Assembly: GCA_963676615.1 (NCBI GenBank)
Contig: OY781092.1
Location: forward strand, 448,001-512,000
DNA from: Candidatus Cloacimonadota bacterium
GTDB lineage: Bacteria > Cloacimonadota > Cloacimonadia > G963667145
Reading direction: 5' to 3'
Length of the DNA stretch: 64,000 nt
Part shown: in pieces, positions 28,494 to 39,077 of the stretch
Numbering within the stretch: position 1 is the stretch's first letter
Layout: the number at the start of each line of letters is the position of its first letter
The notes under the pieces: model-generated
Told to the model about the DNA's origin: nothing
What the model saw: the letters and a program-made list of their open reading frames with translations, nothing else
Database searches by the model: none
Translations under genes and position numbers: made by a program

Positions 28494-29879
28494 ATGGTTA
28501 GAGTTAGATTTGCGCCTTCTCCGACAGGAAAATTGCATCTTGGCGGACTTCGGACGGCCTTATACGATTACGCTTACGCCAAAAATCAGGGCGGCAAGTT
28601 CATTTTGCGAATTGAGGACACGGATCAAACGCGTTTTGTGGAAGGAGCGACAGAAAATCTGATTAACTCTCTGAAAATGATGGGCTTAGATTTTGACGAA
28701 GGGCCAACATTTCAAAGTCAGCGGCTTGATATTTACAAAAAATACGCTTTGCAATTGATTGAGCAGGGCGACGCCTACTACTGTTTTTGCACACAAAAAG
28801 AGCTGGATTTGGCGCGTCAACGGCAGAAAGAGCTTAAATTACCGACGAAATATCCCGAAACTTGTCGCAATCTTCCTCAAGAAGAGGTGGAGAAAAATCT
28901 GGCGCAGGGCTTGCCGTATGTGATTCGCTTGGCGATGCCCAAAGACAAAGATTTCGTAATTTTCGACAAAGTGCGCGGCAAAGTTAAAATCGACTCCTCG
29001 CTTTTGGATGATCAGGTGATTTTGAAGTCGGACGGTTTTCCGACCTACCATTTGGCGGCTGTCGTGGACGATCATTTGATGGAAATCTCGCATGTGATAC
29101 GCGGTGAAGAGTGGCTTTATTCGACGCCGAAGCACATTCACCTTTACGACTGTTTGGGCTGGAAGCCGCCGATTTGGGTGCACCTGCCGCTTATTTTGAA
29201 CGAGAATAAGGCGAAACTCAGCAAACGGGACGGCGATTTTTCGGTTGGTGCGTATCTGGAAAAAGGTTATCTGCCGCAGGCGATTATCAATTTTGTGGCG
29301 CTTTTGGGTTGGAATCCAAAAAACGAGCAAGAGATTTTTGATTTGCAATATTTGTGCGACAAGTTCTCTTTTAAGGCTGTGAACAAAGCGGGTGCGGTGT
29401 TTGATGAGCGGAAGCTGGAGTGGATGAACGGGCAGTATATTCGCAAAATGGATCTGCAGGAGCTGGCAGATTTGTTGAAAAAGTACTTTATTGAGGCGGA
29501 AATCGACATCAGCGACGAGCAAAAATATCTGAAAGTTATCGATGTTGCCAAAGATTATCTTGTTCTCTTGCCGCAGGTGGTGCCGCATTCGAAAATGTTT
29601 TATCAGGAGCTTGAGTTTACCGACGAAGATTTGGCGCTTTTGCACGCGCAAGAGTCGCAAGCGGTTTTTGGCTATTATCTAGAAAATTTGCCGAATTGTG
29701 AAGATTATGAGCAGTTCGTCAAAACGGCGTCCGCCGAGCTTGGCATAAAGGGAAAAGCTTATTTCTTCCCGCTTCGTTTGGCACTTTTTGGCAACAGCTC
29801 AGGACCGAATATCCCTATTTTGCTAGATATTTTGGGGAAAGAAGAGAGTAAAAAGCGACTTGAAAAAGTTATGCTTTAG
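28494..29879 (+). CDS. gltX: Glutamate--tRNA ligase
   Basis: RVRFAPSPTG.LHLGG, LRIEDTD, HVIRGEEW, KLSKR. Confidence 0.96.
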   Translation: MVRVRFAPSPTGKLHLGGLRTALYDYAYAKNQGGKFILRIEDTDQTRFVEGATENLINSLKMMGLDFDEGPTFQSQRLDIYKKYALQLIEQGDAYYCFCTQKELDLARQRQKELKLPTKYPETCRNLPQEEVEKNLAQGLPYVIRLAMPKDKDFVIFDKVRGKVKIDSSLLDDQVILKSDGFPTYHLAAVVDDHLMEISHVIRGEEWLYSTPKHIHLYDCLGWKPPIWVHLPLILNENKAKLSKRDGDFSVGAYLEKGYLPQAIINFVALLGWNPKNEQEIFDLQYLCDKFSFKAVNKAGAVFDERKLEWMNGQYIRKMDLQELADLLKKYFIEAEIDISDEQKYLKVIDVAKDYLVLLPQVVPHSKMFYQELEFTDEDLALLHAQESQAVFGYYLENLPNCEDYEQFVKTASAELGIKGKAYFFPLRLALFGNSSGPNIPILLDILGKEESKKRLEKVML

Positions 29880-29907
29880 ATTGTCATATTAAAAAGGAGG
29901 GCAAATT

Positions 29908-31053
29908 ATGAAGAAATTTTTAATCTTGTGCATTTTTTTGGCAGGAATCAGCGCAATGTGGGCGAAAGACGACGACATCTCCTCGATGCTTGGAGGTTTG
30001 GGCGAAAGCTTGGGCAAATCCTATGCTGGACCTTTGCCAGAAGGATTTTGCACCAATATGAACTCGGGTTGGTTCAACAAAGCTCCCGAAGATGAGATTT
30101 TGGGCTTTGATTTGGAACTTTCGCTTGTTGGTATGGGCACAAAATTTGAAGAGAGCGACAAAACTTTCGAGATAAACAATCCTGTGCCGATTACAATCTC
30201 CAAAGAGATGGTCAGAAATTTGGCGACCGATTTGGTAGAAGGTAACAATGTGCCAGAAGGGGCACAACGGGGCGAGATAACTCGATTGACGGACTATATT
30301 TGGGAAAAATTGGATGGAGAGGGAGATGAAAAAACGATAGGCAATGTAAATGTTACCGCTTATGGACCAACGGTTGTAGGTAGCGAAGAAGACGAAGTTA
30401 TGATTGTGATAGATAATAGCGGATTGACAAATTATACAGATTCAGTTACAGGTAGTAATTACAAGCTTTCTGATGTAAAAAACAGAACGATTAAATCGGG
30501 CGTAACTGGATTGGATTTGCCGATACTTCCGCTGGGAGCTTTTCAGATTTCCCTGGGGACACTCTATGGCACAAGAGGCACTTTCAGATTTTTGCCGCCG
30601 ATAGATGTGGACGAAAAAATCGGTAAAGTCAGCTACTACGGAGGCGCTCTGCAACACAATCCAAAAATGTTTTTGCCTGCTTTGGATATTTTGCCTTTCG
30701 ACCTAGATGTTTCTGGCTCGTATCAGATTTTTAAACTCGGCAGCATCATCAAATCTACCGCTTGGACAGCCGGAATGAATGTCAGCAGAAAATTCGGCTG
30801 GGACTTTTTGAACCTCACACCGTATGCTGGAGTTATGTTGGAGTCCAGCACGATGAAATTTAGCTACGATTACGAGTTGGATTTGGATAACGGTGAAACA
30901 GAAAAAATTCCTATCTCTTTTGATGTTGACGGACCAAACAAATATCGCATTCCTCTTGGATTAGGAGTTAGACTCGGGATTTTGAACATCAGCGGAGAGT
31001 ATTTCTTTGCCAAGCAAAGCGGATTTTCGGCAGCAGTTGCCGTCGCTTTTTAG
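29908..31053 (+). CDS. Putative outer-membrane protein (DUF6588-like)
   Basis: Signal peptide, Y..PL..GF...MNSGWF, beta-strand-rich C-terminus ending in Phe. Confidence 0.6.
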   Translation: MKKFLILCIFLAGISAMWAKDDDISSMLGGLGESLGKSYAGPLPEGFCTNMNSGWFNKAPEDEILGFDLELSLVGMGTKFEESDKTFEINNPVPITISKEMVRNLATDLVEGNNVPEGAQRGEITRLTDYIWEKLDGEGDEKTIGNVNVTAYGPTVVGSEEDEVMIVIDNSGLTNYTDSVTGSNYKLSDVKNRTIKSGVTGLDLPILPLGAFQISLGTLYGTRGTFRFLPPIDVDEKIGKVSYYGGALQHNPKMFLPALDILPFDLDVSGSYQIFKLGSIIKSTAWTAGMNVSRKFGWDFLNLTPYAGVMLESSTMKFSYDYELDLDNGETEKIPISFDVDGPNKYRIPLGLGVRLGILNISGEYFFAKQSGFSAAVAVAF

Positions 31054-31078
31054 AGCTTGCCCAAAATTGTTGTAAATC

Positions 31079-32065
31079 TTGAAAATTTTAGTAATTCATA
31101 CCGCTTTCTTGGGAGATGTCGTTTTAGCCACATCTTTTTTGGAAGCGGTAAAATTATTTTTTCCCGATAGCCAGTTGGATATTTTGGTTACCCCAGAAAA
31201 TGAAGGCGTTTTAGCAAACAGTCCAATTTTGAGGAAAGTTTTGACTTTCGATAAAAAAAGCTCAAAATTGAAATCTTTTTGGCAAACTTTATCAAAAATC
31301 AAAAAAGAAAAATACAATATCGCTTTTTTGCTTCACTCCTCTTTTACAACCGCATTTTTAGCTTTTGCGGGCGGAATTTCTCGGCGAGTTGGATTTAGAC
31401 GAAATTTTTCCCAACTTTTCTTGACAGATAGGGTCGAATTTAGACACGATTGCCACAGGATTAAAAAAAATTTTGCACTTTTGTCCGTTTTTGGCAACAA
31501 AAAAGAGATGCCGCCGACGAAAATTTATCCCAAAATTTTGCCTGCGTTGTTTGATAATGGGGAAAAGACGGTTGCTGTGGCGCCTGGCAGCGTTTGGAAT
31601 ACCAAGCGGTTGCCAAAAGAGAAGTTCAAAGAGATTTTGGATCGCTTGCCAAAAGTAAATTTGCTCTTTGTTGGCTCACGAGGCGAGCGGGAGCTTTGCA
31701 GGCAGATAATTGAAAGCTTGCAGGTGAATGCGAGAGCCAAAAATATCGCTGGAGAGTGCTCGATTTTGCAGTCGGCAGAGTATTTGCGGCAGGCTGATTT
31801 GGTGCTTTGTAACGATAGTGGGGTTTTGCATTTGGCGGAGGCTGTCGATACGAGGGTTTTTGCGTTTTTTGGTCCTACAGTAAAGAAGTTAGGCTATTTT
31901 CCTTATAAAAAGGAAGATAAGATGTTTGAAGTTGATTTGGATTGTCGGCCGTGCGGCAAACATGGTCACGACAGATGTCCGCTGGGGCATCATAATTGTA
32001 TGAATAAAATAGATACGACTAAGGTTGTAGAGGAAATAATAAAGTTTTTGGGAATTTCAAGATAA
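31079..32065 (+). CDS. Glycosyltransferase family 9 (LPS heptosyltransferase-like)
   Basis: KILVI.TAFLGDVVL, APGSVWNTKR, NDSG.LHLA.A, FGPT, CRPC..HG...CP.GH..CM. Confidence 0.9.
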   Translation: MKILVIHTAFLGDVVLATSFLEAVKLFFPDSQLDILVTPENEGVLANSPILRKVLTFDKKSSKLKSFWQTLSKIKKEKYNIAFLLHSSFTTAFLAFAGGISRRVGFRRNFSQLFLTDRVEFRHDCHRIKKNFALLSVFGNKKEMPPTKIYPKILPALFDNGEKTVAVAPGSVWNTKRLPKEKFKEILDRLPKVNLLFVGSRGERELCRQIIESLQVNARAKNIAGECSILQSAEYLRQADLVLCNDSGVLHLAEAVDTRVFAFFGPTVKKLGYFPYKKEDKMFEVDLDCRPCGKHGHDRCPLGHHNCMNKIDTTKVVEEIIKFLGISR

Positions 32066-32310
32066 TGAGATCGCCTTTTTTGTTTGTAATGGTGAGCTGT
32101 TTGTTGCTTTTTGTGGTGGCAAGGCTGTTTTTTGCGTTTATTTTTAATTTTTGGTATATTGCGTTGCCGATAGCCGGATATTTGGGCTACAAAGTTTATA
32201 AAATCAAAAAATTGCTGACGATGAACAGGAGTCAGTTCGAAAAAAATAACGAGACAAAATTAGACCCAGCCAAGCAGGTGAAAGGCGGATCTTTTAAGGT
32301 TGTTAAGTAG
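32065..32310 (+). CDS. Small hypothetical membrane protein
   Basis: Two TM segments and a basic tail; TAATG coupling with the upstream gene. Confidence 0.6.
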   Translation: MRSPFLFVMVSCLLLFVVARLFFAFIFNFWYIALPIAGYLGYKVYKIKKLLTMNRSQFEKNNETKLDPAKQVKGGSFKVVK

Positions 32311-32336
32311 ATAAATTATAGAAGGGATGTTTGCAG

Positions 32337-34367
32337 ATGAAGATTAAAACAATAGCTTTGATACTCTTGGGGCTAGTTGGTGTTTTGGGCGGAGTTTATG
32401 TCGTTAGCGATATTATTCTCTCGGAGAGTAAGCCGATTCAGACAATAGCTGATGTGCAAGACGATTTTGAAAATTCGACAAGAAGTAGCGTTGATCAAGA
32501 TTTTTCTGATATATCAGAAAGTTTTAATCAGCAAGATTATGGGAAGGTTATCGAGCTTTCTCGTAATTTTTTGCAAGATTATCCGAACAACCATTTTAGT
32601 GCGAATGTGCTGTTTAAAATAGCCGAAAGTTACTACCGTTTGGGCAAATTGCCGCAGGCGAAAGACGGCTATACGAAAGTTATTGATAGTTTTCCAGATT
32701 CACAAATGGCTCAGTTTGCTAGAATTAAGCTGGATCTGTTGGGGAAAGTTGACCAAGAAAGCTCTATGGATCAATTTTTGAAGTTGGAGACTGCCGAAAG
32801 CGGCTATCAGGAGTGTCGCGATTTGTATAAAGGGCGAGATTTTGATGGCGCGATTAAAGGGTTTGAGGCGTTTTTGCAAAAGTATCCTAACTCCGATTTG
32901 GCGTCCAATGCTCAGTATTGGCTTGCGGAATGTTATTATGCGAAAGACGATTTGCGCAGGGCGAAGCGGGAGTTTGAGAGGGTGAAAGAGAACTATCCTG
33001 GTTCAAGTAAAATTCCGTCTGCTAATCGCAAGATTTTGATGAGTAGCCAAAAGCTTGCAAGGCAAGATTCTGATGACAAACAAAAAGTGATTTACGAGAG
33101 GGCTTTGGCGAAATATAACGAAAAAGATTATCGAGGTGCGATTGCTGGTTTTAGAGCTTTTTTGAAGGAGTATCCGCAAAGCACCTATGCGCCTAACGCT
33201 TATTATTGGATAGCCGAGAGTTATTATGCGGCGGCTGATTATCAAGACGGCGTTTACAAAAATACGCTGATAAATTTGGGACAGTCTGAAAAATATTTTA
33301 AAGCTGTAATCAGCAAATTTCCCAAGAGCGAAAAAGCTGCTGATGCCAAAACGAAGTTGCAGCGAGTTGGGATGATTACCAGCTATGTAAAGGCTCGCAA
33401 AGCTTATTTGGCGAAAGATTATAATCAGGCGATTAGAGATTTTAAATCTTATCTGAATCGCTATCCTAAATCTTATCTTGCGGCGAATTGTCAGTATTGG
33501 GCTGGTGTTTGTTATTTTGATCAGGAGCAATATGCTAGGGCGAGGATTGAGTTTCAGAGAGTTGAAAAAAATTATCCAGAGCATCATAAGGCGAAAGATG
33601 CGGCTCGGAAGTTAAAAGAGATCGAGAAGATTTTGGGTAGCGAAGCGCCGAGAAGTGGCGACCTTTCGGACGAGGAGAGCGATTTTGAGGCTGTAAGGGC
33701 GTTCTTTATTCAAGGAGATATGGGCAAGCTCGTTTCGTCTGGTTCTGTTTTTTTGCAAAACTATCCGAATAGTCAAGATGTGGCGAGGGTGCAGTTTATG
33801 CTGGCGGAAGGCTATTATCGCGAGAAAGATTTTAACAGAGCGGCGAGTTATTATGGCGAGCTTTTAAGCAGCGGGAAGATGCCAGAGGAGCAAGCGTTAA
33901 TTCAAGATCGGTATCAAAGATGCCTTGCACAAAGAAGTCAGGACGCTTTGGAAGAGATGGAAGAGGGCGATGCTGAAGGCAGGCTGAACGCTGATTTGGA
34001 AAGAGGTATCGCTTTTTGTGATAACGGAGATTGGGACGCTGGTTTGGAGATGTTTTTGAGTTTGAGAGGCAGATTTGAGCCAGAGTCGGTGGATAACGCG
34101 GTGCTGCTTTATTGGATTGGCAAATATTATTACCGAGCCAAAGATTTTGCCAAGACGAAGTTGTATTTGTCGAGAGTGGACGAGGCGAAGCTTACGAAGG
34201 ACGAACGAGAGGTCTGCTATTATTGTTTGGCCGCCGCTTGTTATAAACTGGAAGATTTTGATGTTGCAATGGACGAGATTGACAAATTTTTGGTCGAATT
34301 TGGCTCTAGTAGCCAATATTACTACTCCATTTTGGATATGAAAGTCAGGATCGAAGATAATAGATAG
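32337..34367 (+). CDS. Membrane-anchored TPR protein with tandem CpoB/YbgF-like units
   Basis: Repeated F...YP.S..A.NAQYWLAECYY...A..EF..V...YP.S.K units after an N-terminal TM helix. Confidence 0.85.
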   Translation: MKIKTIALILLGLVGVLGGVYVVSDIILSESKPIQTIADVQDDFENSTRSSVDQDFSDISESFNQQDYGKVIELSRNFLQDYPNNHFSANVLFKIAESYYRLGKLPQAKDGYTKVIDSFPDSQMAQFARIKLDLLGKVDQESSMDQFLKLETAESGYQECRDLYKGRDFDGAIKGFEAFLQKYPNSDLASNAQYWLAECYYAKDDLRRAKREFERVKENYPGSSKIPSANRKILMSSQKLARQDSDDKQKVIYERALAKYNEKDYRGAIAGFRAFLKEYPQSTYAPNAYYWIAESYYAAADYQDGVYKNTLINLGQSEKYFKAVISKFPKSEKAADAKTKLQRVGMITSYVKARKAYLAKDYNQAIRDFKSYLNRYPKSYLAANCQYWAGVCYFDQEQYARARIEFQRVEKNYPEHHKAKDAARKLKEIEKILGSEAPRSGDLSDEESDFEAVRAFFIQGDMGKLVSSGSVFLQNYPNSQDVARVQFMLAEGYYREKDFNRAASYYGELLSSGKMPEEQALIQDRYQRCLAQRSQDALEEMEEGDAEGRLNADLERGIAFCDNGDWDAGLEMFLSLRGRFEPESVDNAVLLYWIGKYYYRAKDFAKTKLYLSRVDEAKLTKDEREVCYYCLAAACYKLEDFDVAMDEIDKFLVEFGSSSQYYYSILDMKVRIEDNR

Positions 34368-34379
34368 GGAACTTATTTT

Positions 34380-34856
34380 ATGGAATATGTTACGGTTGTT
34401 GGTATAAAAAAAATGAACGAAAAGCTGGAGAAGCTCAAGGCGAGTTTGCCAGAGGTGGTTAGGCAGGTTTCGGTGGCACGGGAGATGGGCGATTTGTCGG
34501 AAAATGCGGAGTATCATGCGGCTAGGGAGCGAAAAAGGAACATCGAGAACGAGATCGATTATATCAGCACGCGGCTGACGAAATTGCAGGTAATTGACAC
34601 CAAGAGTATGGACGCTGGCGCTGTGCGATTTGGTTTTTGCGTTAAGGTGCAACAAAAGCGAGACCAGCAGCAGACGAACTATATTTTGGTTGGCGCGGAC
34701 GAGATAGATTTTGATTTTGGCGAAGATTTGACGCCGATCTCTTTTTTGTCCCCTTTGGGCAAAGCTCTTATTGGCAAAAAAGCAGGCGAAAACTTTGTGG
34801 TGAGCGCTCCCAAAGGCGATATCGAGTATAGCGTAGTTGAGATTTGGAGAGATTAG
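34380..34856 (+). CDS. greA: Transcription elongation factor GreA
   Basis: AREMGDLSENAEYHAARE and IS.LSPLGKALIGK. Confidence 0.93.
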   Translation: MEYVTVVGIKKMNEKLEKLKASLPEVVRQVSVAREMGDLSENAEYHAARERKRNIENEIDYISTRLTKLQVIDTKSMDAGAVRFGFCVKVQQKRDQQQTNYILVGADEIDFDFGEDLTPISFLSPLGKALIGKKAGENFVVSAPKGDIEYSVVEIWRD

Positions 34857-36242
34857 ATGAGTGGCAAAGATTTGATTTATAAGAAAAATACGGCTTGGCA
34901 AAAAGATGGCGATGTGGACAAAATTTACGATTTTGCGCAAGGTTACAAAAAGTTTTTGGATGCGTGCAAAACGGAAAGATTGAGTGTTGATTACACGGTT
35001 GAGCTTTTGCGCAAAGCGGGTTTTAAGGAGTTAGAAGAGGGCGGAGACAAAGTTTACCAAGTTTTTAAATCCAAAAGCGTGGCGTTTGCTGTTTTGGGCA
35101 AGAACCCTCTTGTCGAAGGGGCAAATGTTATCGCCTCGCACATCGATTCGCCGCGGGTTGACCTCAAGCAAAACCCTTTTTTTGAATCGGACGATGTTTG
35201 TATGGCGAAAACTCATTATTATGGCGGCATCAAGAAGTATCAGTGGTTTTCCACGCCTTTGGCTCTGCACGGCGTGGTTATCAAATCTGACGGCACAAAG
35301 GTCAAAATCGACATTGGCGAAGAGTCAAACGACCCAGTTTTTGTGATTCCTGATCTTTTGCCGCATTTGGCGCGTAAAGTGCAGTATGCCAAGAAGTTAC
35401 CAGACGCTTTTGATGCAAACAAAATGAATTTGGTTTTTTCGTCGATGCCAGCTTTTGGTGACGACAAAAAAGAGTTGAGTTCTCGCTTTAAGCTGCGGGC
35501 TTTGCAGATTTTGAACGAGAAATACGGAATAAAAGAGAAAGATTTTTTGTCGGCGGAGCTTAGCTTGGTGCCAGCAGGGCAAGCTCGAGACGCTGGCATT
35601 GATGCGTCGATGATTTTGGCTTATGGTCAGGACGACAGAGTCTGTTCGTATTGTGGTTTGCGGGCGCTTTTGGATACACAAAAATCGGCAAAGACGACGA
35701 TTTGTTATTTTGCGGACAAAGAGGAGATAGGCAGCGACGGCAACACTGGTGCAAAGTCTGCTTTCTTCAAAAACTTTTTGCAAGAGCTTTTGCGTTTGAA
35801 AGGCGAAGATTTTGGCAGCTACTCTTTGGCAAAAACTCTTGGCAATACTCAGATTATTTCGGCGGATGTTACCGCAGCGCTAAATCCGAACTACCCAGAA
35901 GTTCACGACAAGCAAAACGCAACGATTTTGGGTTCGGGAGTTGAAATCTCGAAATTTGGCGGAGGCGGTGGAAAATACTCGTCCAGCGATGCGGGAAGCG
36001 AGTTTGTGGCAAAATTGACCAGAATTTTCGACAAGAATAAAGTTGCTTGGCAGATGGGCTCTTTGGGCAAAGTTGACGAAGGCGGCGGCGGCACTATCGC
36101 CAAATTTTTGGCAGCTTTGGGAGCAGATGTTGTCGATTGTGGCACAGGTCTATTCGGGATGCATTCCCTATATGAACTCTCCAGTAAAGTCGATGTTTAC
36201 AACACCTATTTGGCATATTCGGGCTTTTTGAGGGAGTGCTAG
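34857..36242 (+). CDS. M18 family aminopeptidase
   Basis: SHIDSPR, THYYGGIKKYQW, YGQDDRVC, DKEEIGS, SADV, GGGGTIA, MHS. Confidence 0.92.
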   Translation: MSGKDLIYKKNTAWQKDGDVDKIYDFAQGYKKFLDACKTERLSVDYTVELLRKAGFKELEEGGDKVYQVFKSKSVAFAVLGKNPLVEGANVIASHIDSPRVDLKQNPFFESDDVCMAKTHYYGGIKKYQWFSTPLALHGVVIKSDGTKVKIDIGEESNDPVFVIPDLLPHLARKVQYAKKLPDAFDANKMNLVFSSMPAFGDDKKELSSRFKLRALQILNEKYGIKEKDFLSAELSLVPAGQARDAGIDASMILAYGQDDRVCSYCGLRALLDTQKSAKTTICYFADKEEIGSDGNTGAKSAFFKNFLQELLRLKGEDFGSYSLAKTLGNTQIISADVTAALNPNYPEVHDKQNATILGSGVEISKFGGGGGKYSSSDAGSEFVAKLTRIFDKNKVAWQMGSLGKVDEGGGGTIAKFLAALGADVVDCGTGLFGMHSLYELSSKVDVYNTYLAYSGFLREC

Positions 36243-36249
36243 ACCCGCT

Positions 36250-38130
36250 ATGAACACAAGGCGTTTAGTAATAATTTTCTTTTCCTGCTTGATTTTGCTC
36301 TCGGGATTGTATATCGTTTACAAAATTGTGGACGATTCGCAGGAGGTCGCCAGCGAGCCAGCGCAAGAAAAATTGTATAAAGTCGTGCTGGCGCATTACG
36401 CTCAAAAAGAGTATGAAAACACAATTCATTTGGGCGAATCGTTTTTGGAGAAGTATCCGCAAAGCCCTTATTTTTCGGATGTTTTGCTCAATATTGGACA
36501 GTCGTATTTTAATCTGCGGGAATACGACAAAGCTATTCAATCTTACGAGCTACTTTTGGATAAATTCCCAAATTACAAGCTGGAAAAGTATGTTTTGGAC
36601 AAAATCGAGCGAGCTGCGGAGTATAAAAAAGATTTGGTTTTGAGCTTGGAACTCGGCTCTGGCGGCGTGCAGACAGATTTTGAGAAGTGCAAAAAACTTT
36701 TTGACGACAAGCAGTATCAAAAATCTGCTCGGGCGCTGAAGCTGTATTTGCAAAACTACCCAGATAGTCCTTTTGCGTCTAACGCCGAGTATTTGATCGC
36801 CGATAGTTACTTTAACTTGGGCGATTTTGAGCTAGCGGCGAAGCTTTATCAGCAAGTAATCGAAAAATATCCGCAAAGTGAGGAGCTTTATTTGTCGAAA
36901 AGGCGGCTGGAAAAAATAGGTTCGCTTAAAGAGAAAAAAAGTGGCAGTTCGCTGACGGAGATTTACAAAAAGGCTCTAGATAAATATTATGCCAAAAATT
37001 TCGACGCGGCGATTGAGGAGTTTTCTGACTTTTTGACGCTTTATCCCAAAAGCGATTTGGCGCCGAATTGCCAGTATTGGCTGGCGGAATCTTTCTACTC
37101 TTTGGACAAAAAAAGCCAAGCGCTCTCGGAGTTTGAGAAGGTGGTGAAGTTTTATCCCAGCTCGAGCAAAGCCAAAGACGCCAAAATTAAAATTAAGATG
37201 ATAACCGATGCGCGCGCGGAGAGCAAAAGTTCGCAAGAGTTTCAGGATTACAAAAATATTCGCAAAACTTATCTTGTGGGAAAATATCGGAAAGCGATTA
37301 AAGATTTCGATAATTTTTTGGTGCAATTTCCCGATAGCAAATATGTGCCAAACGCTTACTACTGGAAGGCTGAGTGCTATTATTCGCTGGAGGAATACGA
37401 GGATGCGATTTCTGTTTTTGAGCAGATTTTGCAACTTTTTCCCGATTCGCAAAAGGCAAATCACGCTACGGTGAAAATTCGTATGTCCAAAGAGAAGCTG
37501 GGAATTGTGGAATATACGCCGCAGGAAGCGCTTTACAAGAAAAGTTACGGCTTGTATGAGAGCAAAAAGTTTGAGCAGGCCATCGCTTCGTTTGATGATT
37601 ATATGCAAAAATTCCCGTCAACGCCGCTGGTGGAGAACTGTTTGTATTGGATTGGCGAGTGTTATTACGCGATGGAAGATTTTGCGAAGGCGGCGGACTA
37701 TTTTCGGCAGACGATGGAGCGGTATCCGTCTGGAAACAAGGCGCAGGACGCAAAAATCAAGTATGATATGTGTTTGCGGAAAAGTGGGCAGCAGGTGAAG
37801 TCGGCAAAGGAGTTGACTTATGAGTCGATTCGCCAAGATTTTTTGGATACGAATTACGACCGCGCCATCAGCAGGGGTTTGGATTTTGTGGAGAAATTTC
37901 CGCAGAGTCGGCAGGCGTCTAAAATCAGGTTGCTTGTTGCCGAAAGTTATCAAATGTCGCGGAAATTCGAGCAGGCTTTGATTGAGTACAAGCAGATTGG
38001 GCGCGATTATCCAGATTTGGCGGTGAGCTCGCAGGAGAAGGTTGTGGAGCTTTGTCAGAGGCTAGATAGGCCGTTGCAGAAAAAAATCGAAGAGCGGGAG
38101 CTTGACGAGTTGAAACGAGAGAGGCAGTAG
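36250..38130 (+). CDS. Second membrane-anchored TPR protein with tandem CpoB/YbgF-like units
   Basis: Same repeated YP.S..APNCQYWLAESFY units; N-terminal TM helix. Confidence 0.85.
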   Translation: MNTRRLVIIFFSCLILLSGLYIVYKIVDDSQEVASEPAQEKLYKVVLAHYAQKEYENTIHLGESFLEKYPQSPYFSDVLLNIGQSYFNLREYDKAIQSYELLLDKFPNYKLEKYVLDKIERAAEYKKDLVLSLELGSGGVQTDFEKCKKLFDDKQYQKSARALKLYLQNYPDSPFASNAEYLIADSYFNLGDFELAAKLYQQVIEKYPQSEELYLSKRRLEKIGSLKEKKSGSSLTEIYKKALDKYYAKNFDAAIEEFSDFLTLYPKSDLAPNCQYWLAESFYSLDKKSQALSEFEKVVKFYPSSSKAKDAKIKIKMITDARAESKSSQEFQDYKNIRKTYLVGKYRKAIKDFDNFLVQFPDSKYVPNAYYWKAECYYSLEEYEDAISVFEQILQLFPDSQKANHATVKIRMSKEKLGIVEYTPQEALYKKSYGLYESKKFEQAIASFDDYMQKFPSTPLVENCLYWIGECYYAMEDFAKAADYFRQTMERYPSGNKAQDAKIKYDMCLRKSGQQVKSAKELTYESIRQDFLDTNYDRAISRGLDFVEKFPQSRQASKIRLLVAESYQMSRKFEQALIEYKQIGRDYPDLAVSSQEKVVELCQRLDRPLQKKIEERELDELKRERQ

Positions 38131-38133
38131 GCG

Positions 38134-38586
38134 ATGAGCGAGTTTACGCATTTGGACGAAAATTACAAGGCGAAAATGGTCGATGTTAGCGGGAAAGTCA
38201 AGCAGTTGCGGGTTGCCAAGGCTTGCGGGAAGATAGTTTTGCAGCCCGAGACGGTTGAAAAAATCGTTTCTAACAGCATTATCAAGGGCAATGTTTTGGC
38301 GGTCGCTAAAGTGGCTGCGATTCAGGGCGCGAAAAAAACGAGCGAGCTGATTCCGATGTGTCATAATGTTTTTATTTCTCAGATAGATGTGTCGTTCGAG
38401 GTCGAAGCGGACGGTGTTGTTTGCAGGAGCAAAGCTGTGGCTGTGGATGTTACGGGAATAGAGATGGAGGCGCTGACGGCTGTAAGTGTCGCTTTGCTAA
38501 CGATTTACGATATGTGTAAGGCGGTCGATAAAAAAATGAGCTTTTCGCAGATTCGGCTGCTGGAGAAAACAAAGCAGGATTTGTGA
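38134..38586 (+). CDS. moaC: Cyclic pyranopterin monophosphate synthase MoaC
   Basis: FTHLD....MVDVS.K, KGNVL..A..A.IQGAKKTSELIPMCH, TGIEMEAL, IYDMCKAVD. Confidence 0.95.
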   Translation: MSEFTHLDENYKAKMVDVSGKVKQLRVAKACGKIVLQPETVEKIVSNSIIKGNVLAVAKVAAIQGAKKTSELIPMCHNVFISQIDVSFEVEADGVVCRSKAVAVDVTGIEMEALTAVSVALLTIYDMCKAVDKKMSFSQIRLLEKTKQDL

Positions 38587-39077
38587 TGTTGTCTGCCAGT
38601 TTTGCGGTGATAACTCTGAGCACGCGCGCCAGTGCTGGCGTTTATGAGGACAAAAGCGGCAAATTTCTTGTGGAGAGGTTGACCGACTTTTGCCAAAATA
38701 GTGGCGAATATTTTTTGCTGGCTGACGATAAAAAAGAGCTTTCTGTGACTTTGCAAAATCTTTGCCAAAAAAAAATCGATTTGATTTTTACCACTGGCGG
38801 AACAGGCATTGGCACGAGCGATTTTACCGTGGAGGTGGTTCGAGCATTTTTGGACAAAGAGATTCCTGGAGTGATGGAGTTTGTTCGCCAAAAGTATGGA
38901 GCAGGCAACAAAAACGCTTTGCTTAGCCGCGGAGTGTGTGGCTTGAGCGGCAGTTCGCTGATTTTCACTTTGCCGGGCAGCCAAAGGGCTGTGAGCGAGT
39001 ATTGGCAAGAGATAGAGCCGCTTTTGCAACATATGTTGCAGATGAAGGCGGATGTGGATTCTCATGAAAAAGTTTGA
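38586..39077 (+). CDS. mog: Molybdopterin adenylyltransferase (Mog/MoaB family)
   Basis: S.RASAGVYEDKSG, TTGGTGIG..D.T.E, SRG, TLPGS; TGATG overlap with moaC. Confidence 0.88.
   Translation: MLSASFAVITLSTRASAGVYEDKSGKFLVERLTDFCQNSGEYFLLADDKKELSVTLQNLCQKKIDLIFTTGGTGIGTSDFTVEVVRAFLDKEIPGVMEFVRQKYGAGNKNALLSRGVCGLSGSSLIFTLPGSQRAVSEYWQEIEPLLQHMLQMKADVDSHEKV

Noticed and set aside
38134..39077. Frameshifted moaC-mog fusion
   Set aside because: Both ORFs look complete and are joined by a normal TGATG coupling; no need to invoke a frameshift.
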